This document shows, piece after piece, positions 35,256 through 45,968 of a DNA stretch of 64,000 nucleotides. The position numbers and the translations under genes were made by a program. The notes beneath the pieces were generated by a model. That model had not been told where the DNA came from. It saw nothing but the letters and a program-made list of their open reading frames with translations, and searched no databases. This stretch comes from an uncultured Candidatus Rokubacteria bacterium (GTDB lineage Bacteria > Methylomirabilota > Methylomirabilia > Rokubacteriales > CSP1-6), in NCBI GenBank assembly GCA_963789955.1, contig CAWBMV010000034.1:864001-928000 (forward strand), in the 5' to 3' direction. Numbering within the stretch: position 1 is the first letter of the stretch; every line of letters begins with the position of its first letter.

Positions 35256-36222
35256 GCTGTTGTTGCTGTTGAGTGCCGATGTCGGCCGCGTTGGTGACGA
35301 CGCGATCGGGTGGGCGCGCCGGGATCTCGCGAAACACCGGGAGATCGATGTGGGTGATCTCCTCGCGCAAGGTCGAGACGACCTTGCCCGGCACGATCTC
35401 CGTGACGACCTCGGCCTTCAACGTCTCCTTCGCGATGCCGCGGTAGATCCCTTTGTTCGGCGGCACGTCGTCGTAGTGGCGGCCGTGACCCACCACGACG
35501 TAGCGGTCGTCCACGGGTCGATTGTGCGTCGGGTCGAAGGGGACCCAGCCGGCCGACGGTGAGTGGAACTCGATCCACGCGTGGCTCTGCGAGGGCTCGC
35601 GCTGCTTGCGCTCGACGTGCAGATACCCGCTCACGTAGCGGCAGGGAATCTGGCGAAGCCGGAGCAGGCCGAGCATCAGGTGCGCAAAGTCCTGGCAGAC
35701 GCCCCCGCCGATCTTCAGGAAATCCTCGGTCGTCGAGTCGTAGGCGGTGACGTTCTTCCGGTACTCGAAGCGCTTGTGGATGTAGGTGCCGAGCGCCAGC
35801 ACCTGCTCACCGGTCGGCGCCGTCGAGGTCAGGCCGATCGCCCGGTGCGCGGCGCGCAGGGCCGGCGACAGCCTCACCGGGCCGCCGAACTCGAGGAAAT
35901 CGCGCAGGGTGTGCGACGGACCGTCGGCGGCCGGCCGCTCGGTGAGCGAGGCGATCGCGACCACGCTCGGCAGGCGGGTCTCGACGAGCGAGCGCGACGA
36001 CACCGCGATCCGATCGTGGAATTTGGTGATCGTGAAGTGGTGGGTGAGGTTGTCGTTCCAGTCGCGATAGCGATGCACGCTGGTCGGCGGCCCGACCGCC
36101 AGCTCGAAGGACGCGACCGCCTGCTGGGGCGTCGTCTTCGGCTGGACGCGCAGCTCGAGGAACGACTCGCTGATGAACGTGTCGTACTCGAACGCGAAGC
36201 GGTGCTCGACTTGCAGGTGCAT
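35182..36222 (-). CDS. Transglutaminase family protein
   Basis: GVCQDFAH, RYVSGY, SHAWIE, FDPTH; poly-Gln tail read through into the MITE. Confidence 0.93.
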   Translation of the reverse strand: MHLQVEHRFAFEYDTFISESFLELRVQPKTTPQQAVASFELAVGPPTSVHRYRDWNDNLTHHFTITKFHDRIAVSSRSLVETRLPSVVAIASLTERPAADGPSHTLRDFLEFGGPVRLSPALRAAHRAIGLTSTAPTGEQVLALGTYIHKRFEYRKNVTAYDSTTEDFLKIGGGVCQDFAHLMLGLLRLRQIPCRYVSGYLHVERKQREPSQSHAWIEFHSPSAGWVPFDPTHNRPVDDRYVVVGHGRHYDDVPPNKGIYRGIAKETLKAEVVTEIVPGKVVSTLREEITHIDLPVFREIPARPPDRVVTNAADIGTQQQQQQQAVQKGPDARRRPRTRARRTDVR

Positions 36223-37176
36223 CAGGTCACGAAGTACTGCGTCGCGATCGCGTCGTGCGTCTTGGCCAGCTCGCCGACGACACGGTCGAGGAGCCCGACG
36301 AAGTCGCCGCGTCGCATCTGGGCTTCGTCGTCGTACCGGAGATCGGCGTGGAGCCGCCCCATGATCCGCGCCGGCGTGGTGAGCTCGTGGGGGCCGGAGA
36401 GCGCCGCCAGGTAGTCACGGACGACCGAGGCGCCGTAGCGCAGCGAGCGCGGCGAGTCGGCGTCGAAGAGGAGAAAGCCGATGACCAGATTGGGCTCGAG
36501 CCGCGCGCCGTAGACGCGCCGGTAGTTCTCCAGCGACGACAAGCCCGCGCAGGAGCGACCGCCACTGCGTGTAGTAGAGCGGCGCGTCGCCCCGCGCCTC
36601 GGCGGCCAGCAGCGCCGGGAGCTTGGCGCGGAGCACGAGCGCCGAGCGGTAGCTGCGCTCGAGCGACTCGCCGAGCTTGAGGAAGCGCCAGCCCTCGTCG
36701 TGGGTCGAGGTGTGCTCGATCGCGCCGACGACCGTGAAGATACCCTTGTGGATCGCGCCCAGCGCGTCGCGGAACGCCGGGAGATCGGGCATGCCTTTGC
36801 GCTCGTACACCTCGACGGCCCGAAACACCTCGTTGAGCGTCAGGAACACCTCGAGGGTCAGTGCTTCGCGGACAGACCGCGCGTTCTCGCGCGCCTTCCG
36901 GATCGAGAAGTTGATCGAGTACGCGTTGCTCTGGTCGGTGAAGAATGCATGCAGGTAGGGCACCGAGAGCGGCGCGAAGGGCGTGACCTCGCGCGTGAGC
37001 TGCGCCGACGGAAAGATCTCGAGCATGTCCTTCCACGCCGTCTGCGCCAGATCTTCCGCGAGCCCCTGCGTCTCGCTCGAGAAGTCCTCGGTGACCAGCA
37101 GGAGCCGCGTGATGTTCTCGGCCCGCTCGAGGTAGCGCCCCATCCAGTAGAGCGAGTCCGCCACGCGGGACAGCAT
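36222..37176 (-). CDS. Alpha-E domain protein (DUF403; frameshift near 36545)
   Basis: [46 protein letters not shown]. Confidence 0.92.
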
Positions 37177-38613
37177 CAGGCGCTTTTCTCGGCCAGCACC
37201 CAGGTGTCCTTGCTGCCACCCCCCTGAGAGGAGTTGACCACGTAGGAGCCCGGCCGCAGCGCCACCCGCGTGAGACCGCCCGGGAGCACGCGGACCGAGT
37301 CGCCGTAGAGGATGAAGGGCCGAAGATCGATGCGGCGGGCCTCGAACTTGCCGTCGACATAGGTCGGGTGAGCGGACAGCTCGACGAGCGGCTGGGCGAT
37401 GTAGTTGCCGGGATTCTTCTTGACCTGCCCGACGTACGTCTCGATCTCCTTCTTGGCCGCGAACGGCCCCATCAGCATGCCGTAGCCGCCGGAGTCGCCG
37501 GTCGTCTTGATCACCAGCTCGTGCGCGTGGTCCTGGATGTACGCGAGATCCGTCGCGCGGGCGCCGAGATAGGTCGGCACCTGCGCCAGCAGCGCGTCCT
37601 CGCCGAGGTAGTAGCGGATCAGCTCCGGCATGAACGCGTAGACGGACTTGTCGTCGGCGACGCCGGCGCCGGGGGCGTTGGCGAGCCCGACGTTGCCCTC
37701 GCGGTAGACGTTCATGAGGCCGGGGACGCCGAGAAGGCTGTCGCGGCGGAACGTCAGGGGGTCGATGAAGTCGTCGTCGACGCGGCGATAGATCACGTCG
37801 ACCTTCTGCTTGCCCTGCGTCGTGCGCATGAAGACGTAGTTGTCCTCGACGATCAGATCGCGGCCCTCGACGAGCGTCACGCCCATCTCGCGCGCCAGGA
37901 ACGAGTGCTCGAAGTACGCCGAGTTCGCCATGCCCGGGCGTCAGGATGACCACGACGGGCTTCTCGCTGAAGCGCGGCGCCGCGTGGAGCAGGGTATCCA
38001 GCAGTAGGGTGGGATAGTCCTTGATCGGCCGAACCGGGTAGTACTTGAAGAATTCCGGGAAGACGCGATTCAAGGTGTTGCGGTTCTCGAGCACGTAGGA
38101 TACGCCCGACGGGCAGCGACAGTTGTCCTCGAGCACGAGGTACTCGCCGGCGCCGTTCCGGATGATGTCGGTGCCGACGACATGCGTGAAGATCTGCCGC
38201 GGCGGGATCACGTTCAGCAGCTCGCGCTTGTACTCACGGCGCGAGAGCACGATCTCGGGCGGAATGATCCGGTCCTTGAGGCACTTCTGGCCTTGATAGA
38301 CGTCGAGGATGAAGAGGTTCAGGGCGGTGACCCGCTGGACGAGCCCGGCCTGCAGGCGCTCCCACTCGCGCGAGGGGATCACGCGAGGCACGAAGTCGAA
38401 CGGGAAGATCCGTTCGGTGCCCTCCTTCTCGCCGTACACCGTGAACGTGATGCCCTGGTCCATCAGCGAGAGCTTCTGCAGACGCTCGCGCCGCTCGATC
38501 TCGCCCTGGGTGAAGCTTTCCAGAATCGACACGAGAGGCCGGTAATGCTGGCGCGCGGTGCCGTTCCGGTCGAATGCCTCGTCGAATGCCTTCTGTTCGG
38601 GCAGCCATTTCAC
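37176..38613 (-). CDS. Circularly permuted type 2 ATP-grasp protein (frameshift near 37935)
   Basis: [66 protein letters not shown]. Confidence 0.93.
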
Positions 38614-38702
38614 GCCGCAAGAGTAGCATCCCGGCCGCGATGGGGAGCCGGCGGCGATCCGGAGTTGGAGGTCGGCCGTAGTCATGGTAGTGAAAGGCGG
38701 AG

Positions 38703-39251
38703 ATGGCGACGATCGGCGCGGATCTCGTCAGGCAGATGGCTGCCGGTGACCGGGAGGCCTTTGCTGCGTTCTACGATCGCTACGCTCCGGTCGTCTTCCC
38801 GCTGATCCTCCGCATCGTCCGGGAGCGCGCCGACGCGAGCGACGTCCTCCAGGAAGTCTTCTGGGAGGCCTGGCGAGATGCCCCGGCCTACGACGCCAGC
38901 CGGGGGAGCGCCGAAGCCTGGATGGTCACGCGGGCGCGGACGCGCGCGATCGATCGAATCCGGGCGACCCGCCGCCGGAGCGAGACGTTCGTGGCCCCGC
39001 TGGACGACGGCATCGCTGGGCCGCGCGAGTCGGCGCCGGACGCCGCCGAGCGCGCCGCCGATCGGGGCACGGTCATGACGGCGCTCGATCGGCTGCCCGA
39101 CGCCCAGCGGGAGGTCATCGAGCTCGCGTACTATGCCGGGCTCACGCAGACGGAGATCGCCGAGCGTCTCAAACAGCCGCTCGGTACCGTGAAGACGCGG
39201 ATCAGGCTCGGTCTGGAGCGTCTCCGCGAGGTGGTGAAGGCGAGCGCATGA
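38703..39251 (+). CDS. ECF RNA polymerase sigma factor (SigK-like)
   Basis: AFAAFYDRY, DVLQEVF, AWMVT, LAYYAGLTQTEIA, PLGTVKTRIR. Confidence 0.92.
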   Translation: MATIGADLVRQMAAGDREAFAAFYDRYAPVVFPLILRIVRERADASDVLQEVFWEAWRDAPAYDASRGSAEAWMVTRARTRAIDRIRATRRRSETFVAPLDDGIAGPRESAPDAAERAADRGTVMTALDRLPDAQREVIELAYYAGLTQTEIAERLKQPLGTVKTRIRLGLERLREVVKASA

Positions 39252-40042
39252 ACCACGAACCGTACGACACGCTCGCGACGACGTACGCGGTCGGAGCGCT
39301 CGACGGCCAGGAGCGCGTGGATTTCGAGCGCCATCTGGCCGGCGGCTGCGACGTCTGTGAGGCGACCTTGCGCGAATCGGCGGAGGCGCTGGCGACGCTC
39401 GCGCGCTCGCGGCCACCGATGATCCCGCCGCCGGCCGTGAAGGACGAGCTCATGCGCCGCATCGCGGCCACGACACCCGCGCGGCTCGATGCGTCGCGCC
39501 GGCGCCCGCGCCCGCTCGTCTGGGCGGTGGGAACGGTCGCCGCGGCGATCGCGGCCGCCGCGTTCACCGGCACGTACGTCGCGACTCGCTACGAGGCTCA
39601 GCTCGGTGTGATGGCGCGCGAGTCGGCGGCGCTGCGGGCGAGGGTCGAGCGAGAAGAGGCGGCCCTGCGGGAACAGCTCGCGGTCTACCGGAACGCCGCC
39701 GATCTCCTGCGCGATCCTCAGGTGCAGGTCGTCACCTTGCGAGGGCTCGGGCCGAGCCCCGGGGCGACCGGGCGGGTCATCTGGCATCCGGTCAAAGGAG
39801 GCTACGTGTTCGTCGCCAATCTGCCGTCGGCGCCGCCGGGGAAGGCGTACGAGCTGTGGACGATCGGTGACGCGGCGCCGCAACCGGCCGGCGTCTTCCA
39901 GGTCGACGCCTCGGGGCAGGGTGCCCATCGCATCGCGCCGGTCGAGGGCGGCAAGCCCGTGAAGGTCTTCGCCGTCACGCTCGAGACCGAGGCGGGCGTG
40001 CAGCAGCCGGAAGGGCCGATGGTGCTGGCGTCCGCGAAGTAG
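39248..40042 (+). CDS. Anti-sigma factor (RskA-like, N-terminal zinc-finger)
   Basis: FERHLAGGCDVC (HxxxxCxxC), one TM helix, YELWTI, FAVTLE...PEGPMVL. Confidence 0.88.
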   Translation: MNHEPYDTLATTYAVGALDGQERVDFERHLAGGCDVCEATLRESAEALATLARSRPPMIPPPAVKDELMRRIAATTPARLDASRRRPRPLVWAVGTVAAAIAAAAFTGTYVATRYEAQLGVMARESAALRARVEREEAALREQLAVYRNAADLLRDPQVQVVTLRGLGPSPGATGRVIWHPVKGGYVFVANLPSAPPGKAYELWTIGDAAPQPAGVFQVDASGQGAHRIAPVEGGKPVKVFAVTLETEAGVQQPEGPMVLASAK

Positions 40043-40058
40043 AACGGGCCGCCGCGCG

Positions 40059-40617
40059 CTAGCGGCGACGACGACGGGCCGCGTGCAGCACCGCCACGAT
40101 CGTCAGCGAGTCCTTGATCTCGCCGCGCTCGACCATCCGCACCACCTCGTCGAACGGGAACGCGCGCACCTCGATGAACTCCGTCGGATCGGGCGGGAGC
40201 TGGATCGCGCGAAGTCCCTCGGCGAGATAGATGTTCGCGGTCTCGTCCACGACACTCTTCGACGTGTGGTACGAGCACAGCTTCACGAGCCGCTCGGCCT
40301 CGTAGCCCGCTTCTTCCGCGAGCTCGCGCTGAACCGCGGCTTCCTCGCTCTCGCCGGCGTGTCATGGCGCCCGTCGGCATCTCCCAGTAGAAGCTGCCGA
40401 AGACGTAGCGATACTGCCCGACCAGGACGACCGTCTCCGCGTCGAGGAAGGGGAGCACGCCCACGCAGCCGGCGCACTCGACGACGCCGTAGATCGTCGT
40501 GTTCCCGTCGGGAAGCGCGACCTGATCCTCGCGCACGCGGATCCAGCGATTCTCGTACACGGGCCGAGTAGTGAGTCTTCGCCAGGGTGTGCGCGCCAGC
40601 TTGCGGCGGTCCGTCAC
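40059..40617 (-). CDS. NUDIX hydrolase (ADP-ribose pyrophosphatase-like; frameshift near 40360)
   Basis: VYENRWIRVRED, GQYRY, WEMPTG, Nudix box GESEEAAVQRELAEEAGY. Confidence 0.87.
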
Positions 40618-40700
40618 GACGCGATGACCTCCTGCCGCCCGAGCGGCGGCTGGACTGTAGCACGCGCGGTCCGCGCGAGGAACGGAGGTATACTCGCCCC

Positions 40701-41246
40701 ATGCCTCTTCCCAAGCCCGTCGAAGCGCTGTGGTCTGAGCTCGAGGCGGTGCGCGCCGACATCCTGAGGGAAGCCGAAGGACTTTCGCAGGGTCAGGCCG
40801 ACTGGAAGCCGAGCGAGACGGACTGGTCGGTCGGCGAGGTCGTGCATCATCTGACGCTCGCCGAGGTCGCGACCGGCAAGCTGACCACGAAGCTCACGCG
40901 CGAGGCCGAGGCGGCCGGCGCGTCCGGCCGGTTTCCCGCCGACCTCACCGCGTTCAAGCCGTTCCCGGCGCCGCCGGCGGGCGCGGCCGATGCTCCCGAG
41001 GTCGTCTGGCCCGAGCGCGGCAAGCCGATCGCCGAGCTGCTCTCGACGATGCGGGCCACGCGCGAGCGAAGCCGCCAGTCGATCGAGAAGCTCGGCGCGA
41101 TCGACCCGCGTCCGCTGACATTCAAGCACTTCCGGTTCGGCGAGCTCGATCTCTCGCAGTGGTGGCAGCTGCAGGCGCATCACGACGGCATCCATCTCGC
41201 GCAGATCCGCGAGATCAAGCGCGCGCCGGGGTTCCCCCGCGCGTGA
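40701..41246 (+). CDS. DinB family protein
   Basis: WSVGEVVHHL, HFRFGEL, HHDGIHLAQI. Confidence 0.87.
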   Translation: MPLPKPVEALWSELEAVRADILREAEGLSQGQADWKPSETDWSVGEVVHHLTLAEVATGKLTTKLTREAEAAGASGRFPADLTAFKPFPAPPAGAADAPEVVWPERGKPIAELLSTMRATRERSRQSIEKLGAIDPRPLTFKHFRFGELDLSQWWQLQAHHDGIHLAQIREIKRAPGFPRA

Positions 41247-41467
41247 CCGCCGGGCCCGTGAAGGTCATCCTGCGAAATCCGCGGCGCGAGGTCGACGTCG
41301 TCGGCAACCGGCGGGTGAAGGACATCCTGCGTGAGCTCGAGATCATCCCCGAGACGGTGCTCGTGATCTGCGGCGACGATCTGGTCACGGCCGACCAGGT
41401 GGTCCGCGAGGGCGACACGATCGAGCTGCGACCGGTGATGTCCGGAGGGAGCGCGGGCTCGCGATGA
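41243..41467 (+). CDS. ttuB: ThiS/MoaD-family ubiquitin-like sulfur carrier (TtuB-like)
   Basis: About 70-aa beta-grasp pattern ending EGDTIELRPVMSGG plus SAGSR; coupled to ttuA. Confidence 0.8.
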   Translation: MTAGPVKVILRNPRREVDVVGNRRVKDILRELEIIPETVLVICGDDLVTADQVVREGDTIELRPVMSGGSAGSR

Positions 41468-42369
41468 AGTGCCGCAAGTGCGGGGAGACCGCCGTCCTCG
41501 AGCTGCGCCGCCACAACGCCGCGTTCTGCGCGCCGGACTTCCTCGAGTTCTTCCGCAACCAGGTCCGCGAGGCGATCCGCAAGCACCGGATGTTCACGCG
41601 CGACGAGACGGTACTGGTCGCCGTCTCCGGCGGCAAGGACTCGCTCGCGCTCTGGGACGTCCTGATCGACGAAGGCTACCGGACGACCGGTCTCTATCTC
41701 GACCTCGGGATCTTCGAGTACTCGATCGAGTCGAAGGCCAAGTGCGAGAAGTTCGCGGCGGCCCGCGGCGTCCCCCTGATCGTCAGCGCCGTGCGCGACG
41801 AGGTCGGCGCGCCCGTGCCGGTCATCAAGGACGTCACGCGGCGGCCGCCGTGCTCCGGCTGCGGCCTCTCGAAGCGCTACCTCATGAATCGGGTGGCGCT
41901 CGACCATGGGATGCCGGTGGTGGCCACCGGCCACAACCTCGACGACGAGGCGGCGACCCTGTTCGGCTCGGTCATGCACTGGCGGACCGAGGCGTTGCCG
42001 CGCCAGTCTCCCGCGCTGGCCTCGACGCACCCGAAGCTGGTGCGGCGCGTGAAGCCGCTCTATCGGCTCTCGGAGCGCGAGACGGCCGCCTTCGCCTTCT
42101 TGCGAAAGATCGACTACATCGTCGAGGAATGCCCGTTCGCGAAGGGGGCCACGTCGATCGCCCACAAGGAGATCCTGAGCCGCATGGAGGACGCCTCGCC
42201 GGGCGCCAAGCACAACTTCCTCTTCGGCTTTCTCGAGCGGGCGCGTCCCGCCTTCGAGAGCGCCGAGGCGGTGCCCCTCAACGAGTGCGCGCGCTGCGGA
42301 CAGGTGACGACCGGCACGATCTGCGCGTTCTGCAAGCTCGCCGACCAGGTGAAGCGCCGGGTTTCGTAG
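41464..42369 (+). CDS. ttuA: tRNA 2-thiolation sulfurtransferase, TtuA/Ncs6 family
   Basis: N-terminal CxxC, PP-loop SGGKDS, CSGC, TGHNLDD, CP, C-terminal CxxC..CxxC. Confidence 0.9.
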   Translation: MKCRKCGETAVLELRRHNAAFCAPDFLEFFRNQVREAIRKHRMFTRDETVLVAVSGGKDSLALWDVLIDEGYRTTGLYLDLGIFEYSIESKAKCEKFAAARGVPLIVSAVRDEVGAPVPVIKDVTRRPPCSGCGLSKRYLMNRVALDHGMPVVATGHNLDDEAATLFGSVMHWRTEALPRQSPALASTHPKLVRRVKPLYRLSERETAAFAFLRKIDYIVEECPFAKGATSIAHKEILSRMEDASPGAKHNFLFGFLERARPAFESAEAVPLNECARCGQVTTGTICAFCKLADQVKRRVS

Positions 42370-42409
42370 TTCGTCGCTTCGCCCCGGGTGATCCGGAAAG
42401 GAGGAGGGC

Positions 42410-43148
42410 ATGCCAACCATCGAGCGCAATGGCGCGACCATCTACTACGAAGAGTTCGGCCATGGGTTTCCGATTCTCACGTTCGCGCCGGCGGGCCTGC
42501 AGTCGGTGATCGACGTCTGGAGCCGTCCTGCCGCGCCGGTGAACCCGACCACCGAGTTCGCCGGGAAGCTTCCGGGTGATCGCGATGGATCAGCGTAACG
42601 CCGGCGGTCGGTCGCGGGCACCGATCTCGGCGCAGGACGGCTGGCAGACCTATCTGGCCGACCACGTCGCCGTCCTCGATCACCTCGGTATCGAGCGCTG
42701 CCACCTGTACGGTCAGTGCATCGGCGGGTCGTTCATCATGAGCATGCTGAAGGCGCAGCCGCAGCGCATCGCGTCCGCCGTGCTCGCGCAGCCCATCGGC
42801 CGGGTGGGCGCGATGGCGCCCGGGCGCTCGGCCCGATTCAACGCGTGGGCCGAGACCCTCGCGGACCACCCCGAGGCGACGCCGCCGGTGCTGGACGCGT
42901 TGCACCAGAACCTGTACGGTCCGGGCTTCGTCTACAGCGTCGACCGCGCGTTCGTGTCGAGCTGCCAGACGCCCTGCATGGTCCTGGCGGGCAACGACGA
43001 GGCGCATCCGTTGCCGATCTCCGAGGAGGTCGCGAAGCTTCTGCCGAAGTGCGAGTTCGTCCGGGAGTGGAAGCAAGGACCGGCGCTCGCGGAAGCCAGA
43101 GTCCGTATCCAGCAGTTCCTGGCCAAGCACACACCGCCGGCTCGCTGA
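42410..43148 (+). CDS. Alpha/beta hydrolase with a Cys nucleophile elbow (frameshift near 42565)
   Basis: IYYEEFGHGFP, MDQRNAG, GQCIGG, GNDEAH; GGAGG RBS. Confidence 0.82.
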
Positions 43149-43180
43149 GCGGGCGAGCGTCGGGATCGATCGGGAAGACA

Positions 43181-43213
43181 CGCGCGGGGCGAGTCGGTGA
43201 CCCGCCCCGCGCG
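43181..43213. terminator. GC-rich hairpin between convergent genes
   Basis: CGCGCGGGGCG...CGCCCCGCGCG perfect 11-bp stem plus an inner GTC/GAC; no U-tract. Confidence 0.55.
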
Positions 43214-43236
43214 ATTCGGACGAGCTCGCTACACCG

Positions 43237-43539
43237 CTAGGCGGTGCGAGCCGGCATCGCGACGACGGGGACGTCCTCCAGCACGCCGCGCTGATCGGCC
43301 AGGGCCAGCACGGCCTCGATCGTCTTCACGAGCTGCCGCGCCGCGTCCACGCTGAGCTCGACCGCCACGCGGGCGCCCGGGCCGAGCGCCTCGTTGACGA
43401 AATCGATGTTGAGCGCGTGCTCGAGCGGCAGATCGTACGGGTGATCGTAGGACACGTTGGCCTCGCGAACGTCGAACCACTCCGGGCCGCTCTTGCCTCG
43501 GCCCTGAATCTTCACCTGGTGCGCGATCATCGTGCACAT
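43237..43539 (-). CDS. Small conserved protein, DUF6295-like
   Basis: MCTMI...GKSGPEWF...YDHP...EHALNIDF...ARVAVEL pattern; GGAG RBS. Confidence 0.7.
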   Translation of the reverse strand: MCTMIAHQVKIQGRGKSGPEWFDVREANVSYDHPYDLPLEHALNIDFVNEALGPGARVAVELSVDAARQLVKTIEAVLALADQRGVLEDVPVVAMPARTA

Positions 43540-43561
43540 GGCTGGGCTCCTGGCCTCCGGG

Positions 43562-44326
43562 TTAGCGCAGCGTCCGGTCGGTGAACGCGAAGAGCTTCTT
43601 CCAGCCGTCCATGGCCTGCTCCTGACGGTAGGCCGGCCGGTCGTAGTAGAAAAAGCCGTGGCCCGCACCGTCGTAACGATGGAACTCGTACTGCTTGCCG
43701 TGCTTCTTGAGCTCCGCCTCGTGCTGGTTCACCTGCTCGGGCGTCGGCGACTTGTCCTCGTTGCCGAAGAGCCCGAGGATCGGGGCCGAGAGATCCTTGG
43801 TGTACTCGATGGGCGCGACCGGCTGGTTCGGCGTGAGCTCCTCCTTGGACATGACCACGCGCCCGCCCCAGCACTCGATCACCGCGTCGAGCCCCTTCAG
43901 TCGGCAGCCGGCGAGAAACGCGTGCCGGCCTCCCGAGCACGTGCCGAAGATACCGACCTTGCGAGTCACGTACGGCAGCGAGCGAAGCCAGGCGTTCGCG
44001 CCATCGAGGTCGCCGAGAACCCGAACGTCCGGCGCGCCGCCGGCGGCACGCACCTTGGCCGCGACGTCCTCGGGTGTCCCGTGGCCGTCCCGGAAGTACA
44101 GATTCGGGGAGATTGCCACGAAGCCGTGGTGGGCGAACTTGCGCGTGCACTCGCGGTACCACTCGTCCCAACCCGGCACGTGGTGGATGACGACCATGCC
44201 CGGGAACGGACCGGCGCCGAGCGGTCGCGCCACGTACGCGTTGATGACATCGCCGTTGTGGCCCCTCATGGTGATCGTCTCGGCGATCATGCCTTCGTAC
44301 TGATCGGTCTGGTACGCGTGAGCCAT
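43562..44326 (-). CDS. Dienelactone hydrolase family protein
   Basis: GTCSGG, LFGNED, YDGAGHGF. Confidence 0.9.
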   Translation of the reverse strand: MAHAYQTDQYEGMIAETITMRGHNGDVINAYVARPLGAGPFPGMVVIHHVPGWDEWYRECTRKFAHHGFVAISPNLYFRDGHGTPEDVAAKVRAAGGAPDVRVLGDLDGANAWLRSLPYVTRKVGIFGTCSGGRHAFLAGCRLKGLDAVIECWGGRVVMSKEELTPNQPVAPIEYTKDLSAPILGLFGNEDKSPTPEQVNQHEAELKKHGKQYEFHRYDGAGHGFFYYDRPAYRQEQAMDGWKKLFAFTDRTLR

Positions 44327-44371
44327 GTCAGCCTTCCTCCCTGTGAGATGTGGAGCCCGATTATACGTAAA

Positions 44372-45943
44372 TCAGTTCTTTTTGAGACGGACCTCTTCGA
44401 GCGGCGCCGACCAGGGATACGGATTGATGAGCATCAGCGCCGGCTCCTCGACGCGAGGCCCCACACCGCTCGGCCAGATGTACTCCCAGATCGGGCCGAA
44501 TCGCACACGCTCGTGGACGAGCTGCTGGATCTGCTGCAGCAGCGCCTCGCGCTTGCGGCGATCGGTCACGAGGTACTGCTCCTTGTACAAGGCGTCGATG
44601 TCCGGGTAGCCGCCGTAGGCGTAGGTGCCGGTACTCGGGACGTGCTCCGACAGTCGCGAGGCCGCATTGCCGTAGGCGGCGGTCGCGCAGACACAGAGTC
44701 CGCGTAGCTTCTTCGCCTGCAGCGCCGACGTGTACGTGGCGCGCTCCATCGGCCGCATCTTCAGCCTGATGCCGACGGCGCCGAGATAGGTCACGATCGA
44801 TTCGCCCATCGAGAAATAGGGCGGAAGCTGATGCAGCTCGCCGGCGTCGAAGCCGTTGGGATACCCGGCCTCGGCCAAGAGCTGCTTCGCCTTCTTCGGA
44901 TCGTACGGATACGGCTCGATCGGCAGCGCGAACTCGAAGGTGCGCGGGACGAGGCTTCCGGCGGGCCTGGACGCCCCGAGCGTCTCCGCATCGCTCAGCG
45001 CGCGGCGGTCGATCGCGTAGTTCGCCGCGAGCCGCACGCGCTGATCGGCCCAGGGGGATTTCGGGTCCCACTGGTCGAGATAGTCCAGGAAGAACGTGGC
45101 GATCCCACCGGAGAAGGCGAGCTTCAAGGTCGGATCGCGCTTCACCTCGAGCGCCTGCGGCACGTCCAGCAGGTAGGCGACATCGACCTCGCCCCGCTTC
45201 AGCATCGCCGTTCGCGTGGTGGAGTCCGGAACACTCTTGAAGACGAGCCGCTTCACCGACGGCATCTTGCGCCAGTAGCCTTCGAACGCCTCCATGACCA
45301 GCTCGATCCCCGGCGCATGGCTGACGAACCGGTAGGGACCGAGACCGATCGGCTGCTTCTTGAACCCGTCGTCGCCGACCCGCTCGACGTACTTCTTGGG
45401 CACCACCCAGCTCGCCCCGCTCACCAAGGTTCCGTAGAACGTCATGAAGTCGGGCCACGCCTCCTGCAGGACAAAGCGCACGCGGTAGGGATCGACGACC
45501 ACCACCTCGCGCACCTTCTCGTGCAGGACCTTGGCGCCCTTGGCGCGCTGAAAGCTGAACTTCACGTCGTCGGCCGTGAAGGGGTCGCCGTTGTGAAACT
45601 TCAGTCCCTCACGCAGCTTGAATTCGTAGACGCGCTGATCCGCGCTGACCGTCCACGACTCGGCCAGGCTGGGCGTCATGAGATTGCCGGGCATCGGCTT
45701 CACGAGCGCGTCGTGGATCGCGTACAGCACCCAGAACGCGGTGAGACCCATGAACTCACCGGGATCGAACCAGACCGGCGACAAGGTCACGTACAGCGCC
45801 CAGCGCATCTCACCTTCCGGCCGGGGCTGCGACGTCGGCCTGGTTTGCGCGGCGACGTCGTCGACGGGACCCACCGCGAGAGACGCGCACAGCACACCGG
45901 CGACGACCACCGACCACCGCGGGATCTTTCGCGCAAGGTTCAT
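44372..45943 (-). CDS. ABC transporter substrate-binding protein, family 5 (peptide/nickel)
   Basis: Signal peptide, PSLAESW, FKLREGLKFHNG, GLGPY, YDPKKAKQLLAEAGY. Confidence 0.9.
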   Translation of the reverse strand: MNLARKIPRWSVVVAGVLCASLAVGPVDDVAAQTRPTSQPRPEGEMRWALYVTLSPVWFDPGEFMGLTAFWVLYAIHDALVKPMPGNLMTPSLAESWTVSADQRVYEFKLREGLKFHNGDPFTADDVKFSFQRAKGAKVLHEKVREVVVVDPYRVRFVLQEAWPDFMTFYGTLVSGASWVVPKKYVERVGDDGFKKQPIGLGPYRFVSHAPGIELVMEAFEGYWRKMPSVKRLVFKSVPDSTTRTAMLKRGEVDVAYLLDVPQALEVKRDPTLKLAFSGGIATFFLDYLDQWDPKSPWADQRVRLAANYAIDRRALSDAETLGASRPAGSLVPRTFEFALPIEPYPYDPKKAKQLLAEAGYPNGFDAGELHQLPPYFSMGESIVTYLGAVGIRLKMRPMERATYTSALQAKKLRGLCVCATAAYGNAASRLSEHVPSTGTYAYGGYPDIDALYKEQYLVTDRRKREALLQQIQQLVHERVRFGPIWEYIWPSGVGPRVEEPALMLINPYPWSAPLEEVRLKKN

Positions 45944-45968
45944 CTCGGTCTCCCCGCCCTCAGGGCGT

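Noticed and set aside
35182..42369. Functional link between the ATP-grasp operon and the ubiquitin-like TtuB
   Set aside because: They are on different strands, separated by unrelated genes, and TtuB is already explained by the adjacent ttuA.
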